A DNA stretch of 7,862 nucleotides from the NCBI GenBank assembly GCA_043228905.1, contig JBHGNT010001475.1, positions 1 through 7,862 on the forward strand, in the 5' to 3' direction. Positions 7,153-7,862 of this stretch are shown here, in pieces (within the stretch, counting starts at the first letter, position 1; each line of letters starts with the position of its first letter). Origin of the DNA: Azolla caroliniana. Taxonomy: Eukaryota > Plantae > Polypodiophyta. A program made the translations under genes and the position numbers. The notes beneath the pieces were generated by a model. It saw only the letters and a program-made list of their open reading frames with translations, was not told the DNA's origin and searched no databases.

Positions 7153-7298
7153 CCTTTACTAAGTACTGACCATACCCTCTTTGTATTGTATTGTATATAT
7201 AACTTACACATAGTAGCCTTTTTCTCGAAAAACTGCATCCTTTTGCCTAGTCTCCTCCCCTCCTTATATTGCTCGCCATCATTTTCGATTTCCCGACG

Positions 7299-7305
7299 TT
7301 ATATA
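7299..7305 (-). promoter_or_regulatory. Candidate TATA box of the PPR gene
   Basis: TATATAA on the minus strand about 147 nt upstream of ATG 7152, followed by a GA-rich leader-like tract. A second TATA-like run lies at ~7194-7202. Confidence 0.3.
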
Positions 7306-7430
7306 CCTATGACTTTATCCATCCGCCTTCTTGCATGTATCCAGCAGCAACGTGAGAACACTTGCGAGAAAGTTATGCACACATATATGGAACCCCTCCG
7401 AACCACCCCTAGGGTTCTTTTTATTTTCTT

Positions 7431-7862
7431 CCAATCAATGCATCAAGATATGGTCCATCACGCCCACCTTGCCATCGACTGATTCAGAACTGGTGCAACC
7501 TTTGAGATACATAAACCCACATTGATCTCTTCCTATTGACAAAGAGTTTCTCATTTCTAACAATTTGTTCACCATTGTACCTACCAATTGCCTCAACATC
7601 TACCCTTTTAGTCATGGAAAACTACCCACTGCCTATTTAGTGTGAAATTTGTTTGTGCACAATGGCACACTATGGAATGTTGCTCCTACAACAACCTCAA
7701 ACAATCAAGTGCCTATGTACATGGCGTCAAGCTAAACAAACCATGACCAAGTCACTCAATGGGAATTCCTAGATGAATGTTAAACATATGTCATCCTAGA
7801 ATATAGCCTCAATTGTGATGGCCAACATCAAATCTAGAACTTCCTGCATGATTGCGAATTTA
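7431..7862 (+). mobile_element. Possible decayed L1 ORF2 N-terminal (APE endonuclease) remnant, running off the window
   Basis: The frame from 7431 gives INASRYGPSRPPCHRLIQNWCNL*DT*THIDLFLLT (cf. SWNVRG..P....I..W....DI.LLQE). After a frameshift it reads SHGKLPTAYLV*NLFVHNGTLWNVA...MY...QWEFL (cf. ..HG....VW.....G..W....VYA.N....LW..L). The similarity was judged by eye, there are several stops, and no GDFN motif is seen. Confidence 0.35.

Noticed and set aside
7409-7416. Telo-box-like AACCCTAG on the minus strand
   Set aside because: It mismatches AAACCCTA at the first base and has no nearby site II (TGGGCY) partner, so it is not distinguishable from chance.

Overview
Eukaryotic land-plant nuclear DNA; the PPR motif style resembles fern PLS proteins, but this is inference. 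The dominant feature is a minus-strand PLS-class pentatricopeptide repeat gene (ORF 3414-6689) with 29 PPR motifs, E1 and E2 motifs and no DYW deaminase domain. It is a likely organellar RNA-editing specificity factor. The ORF track probably misses a first exon (7152-6957) encoding a transit-peptide-like N-terminus, joined in frame by a 322-nt GT-AG intron. The PPR array contains three exact-length copies of a 7-motif, 239-aa P-L-S-P-L-S-P module. The flanks are mostly decayed transposon material: an L1 zf-RVT remnant (~837-1010, minus), a probable LTR-retroelement 5' end (~1540-3160, minus) with tandem repeats, a degenerate PBS, intact-looking splice signals and a His-rich 36-bp repeat, and a possible L1 endonuclease remnant (7431-7862, plus). 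The left edge has microsatellites and a GTAC-rich promoter-like region. No prokaryotic-type system (CRISPR etc.) is supported.
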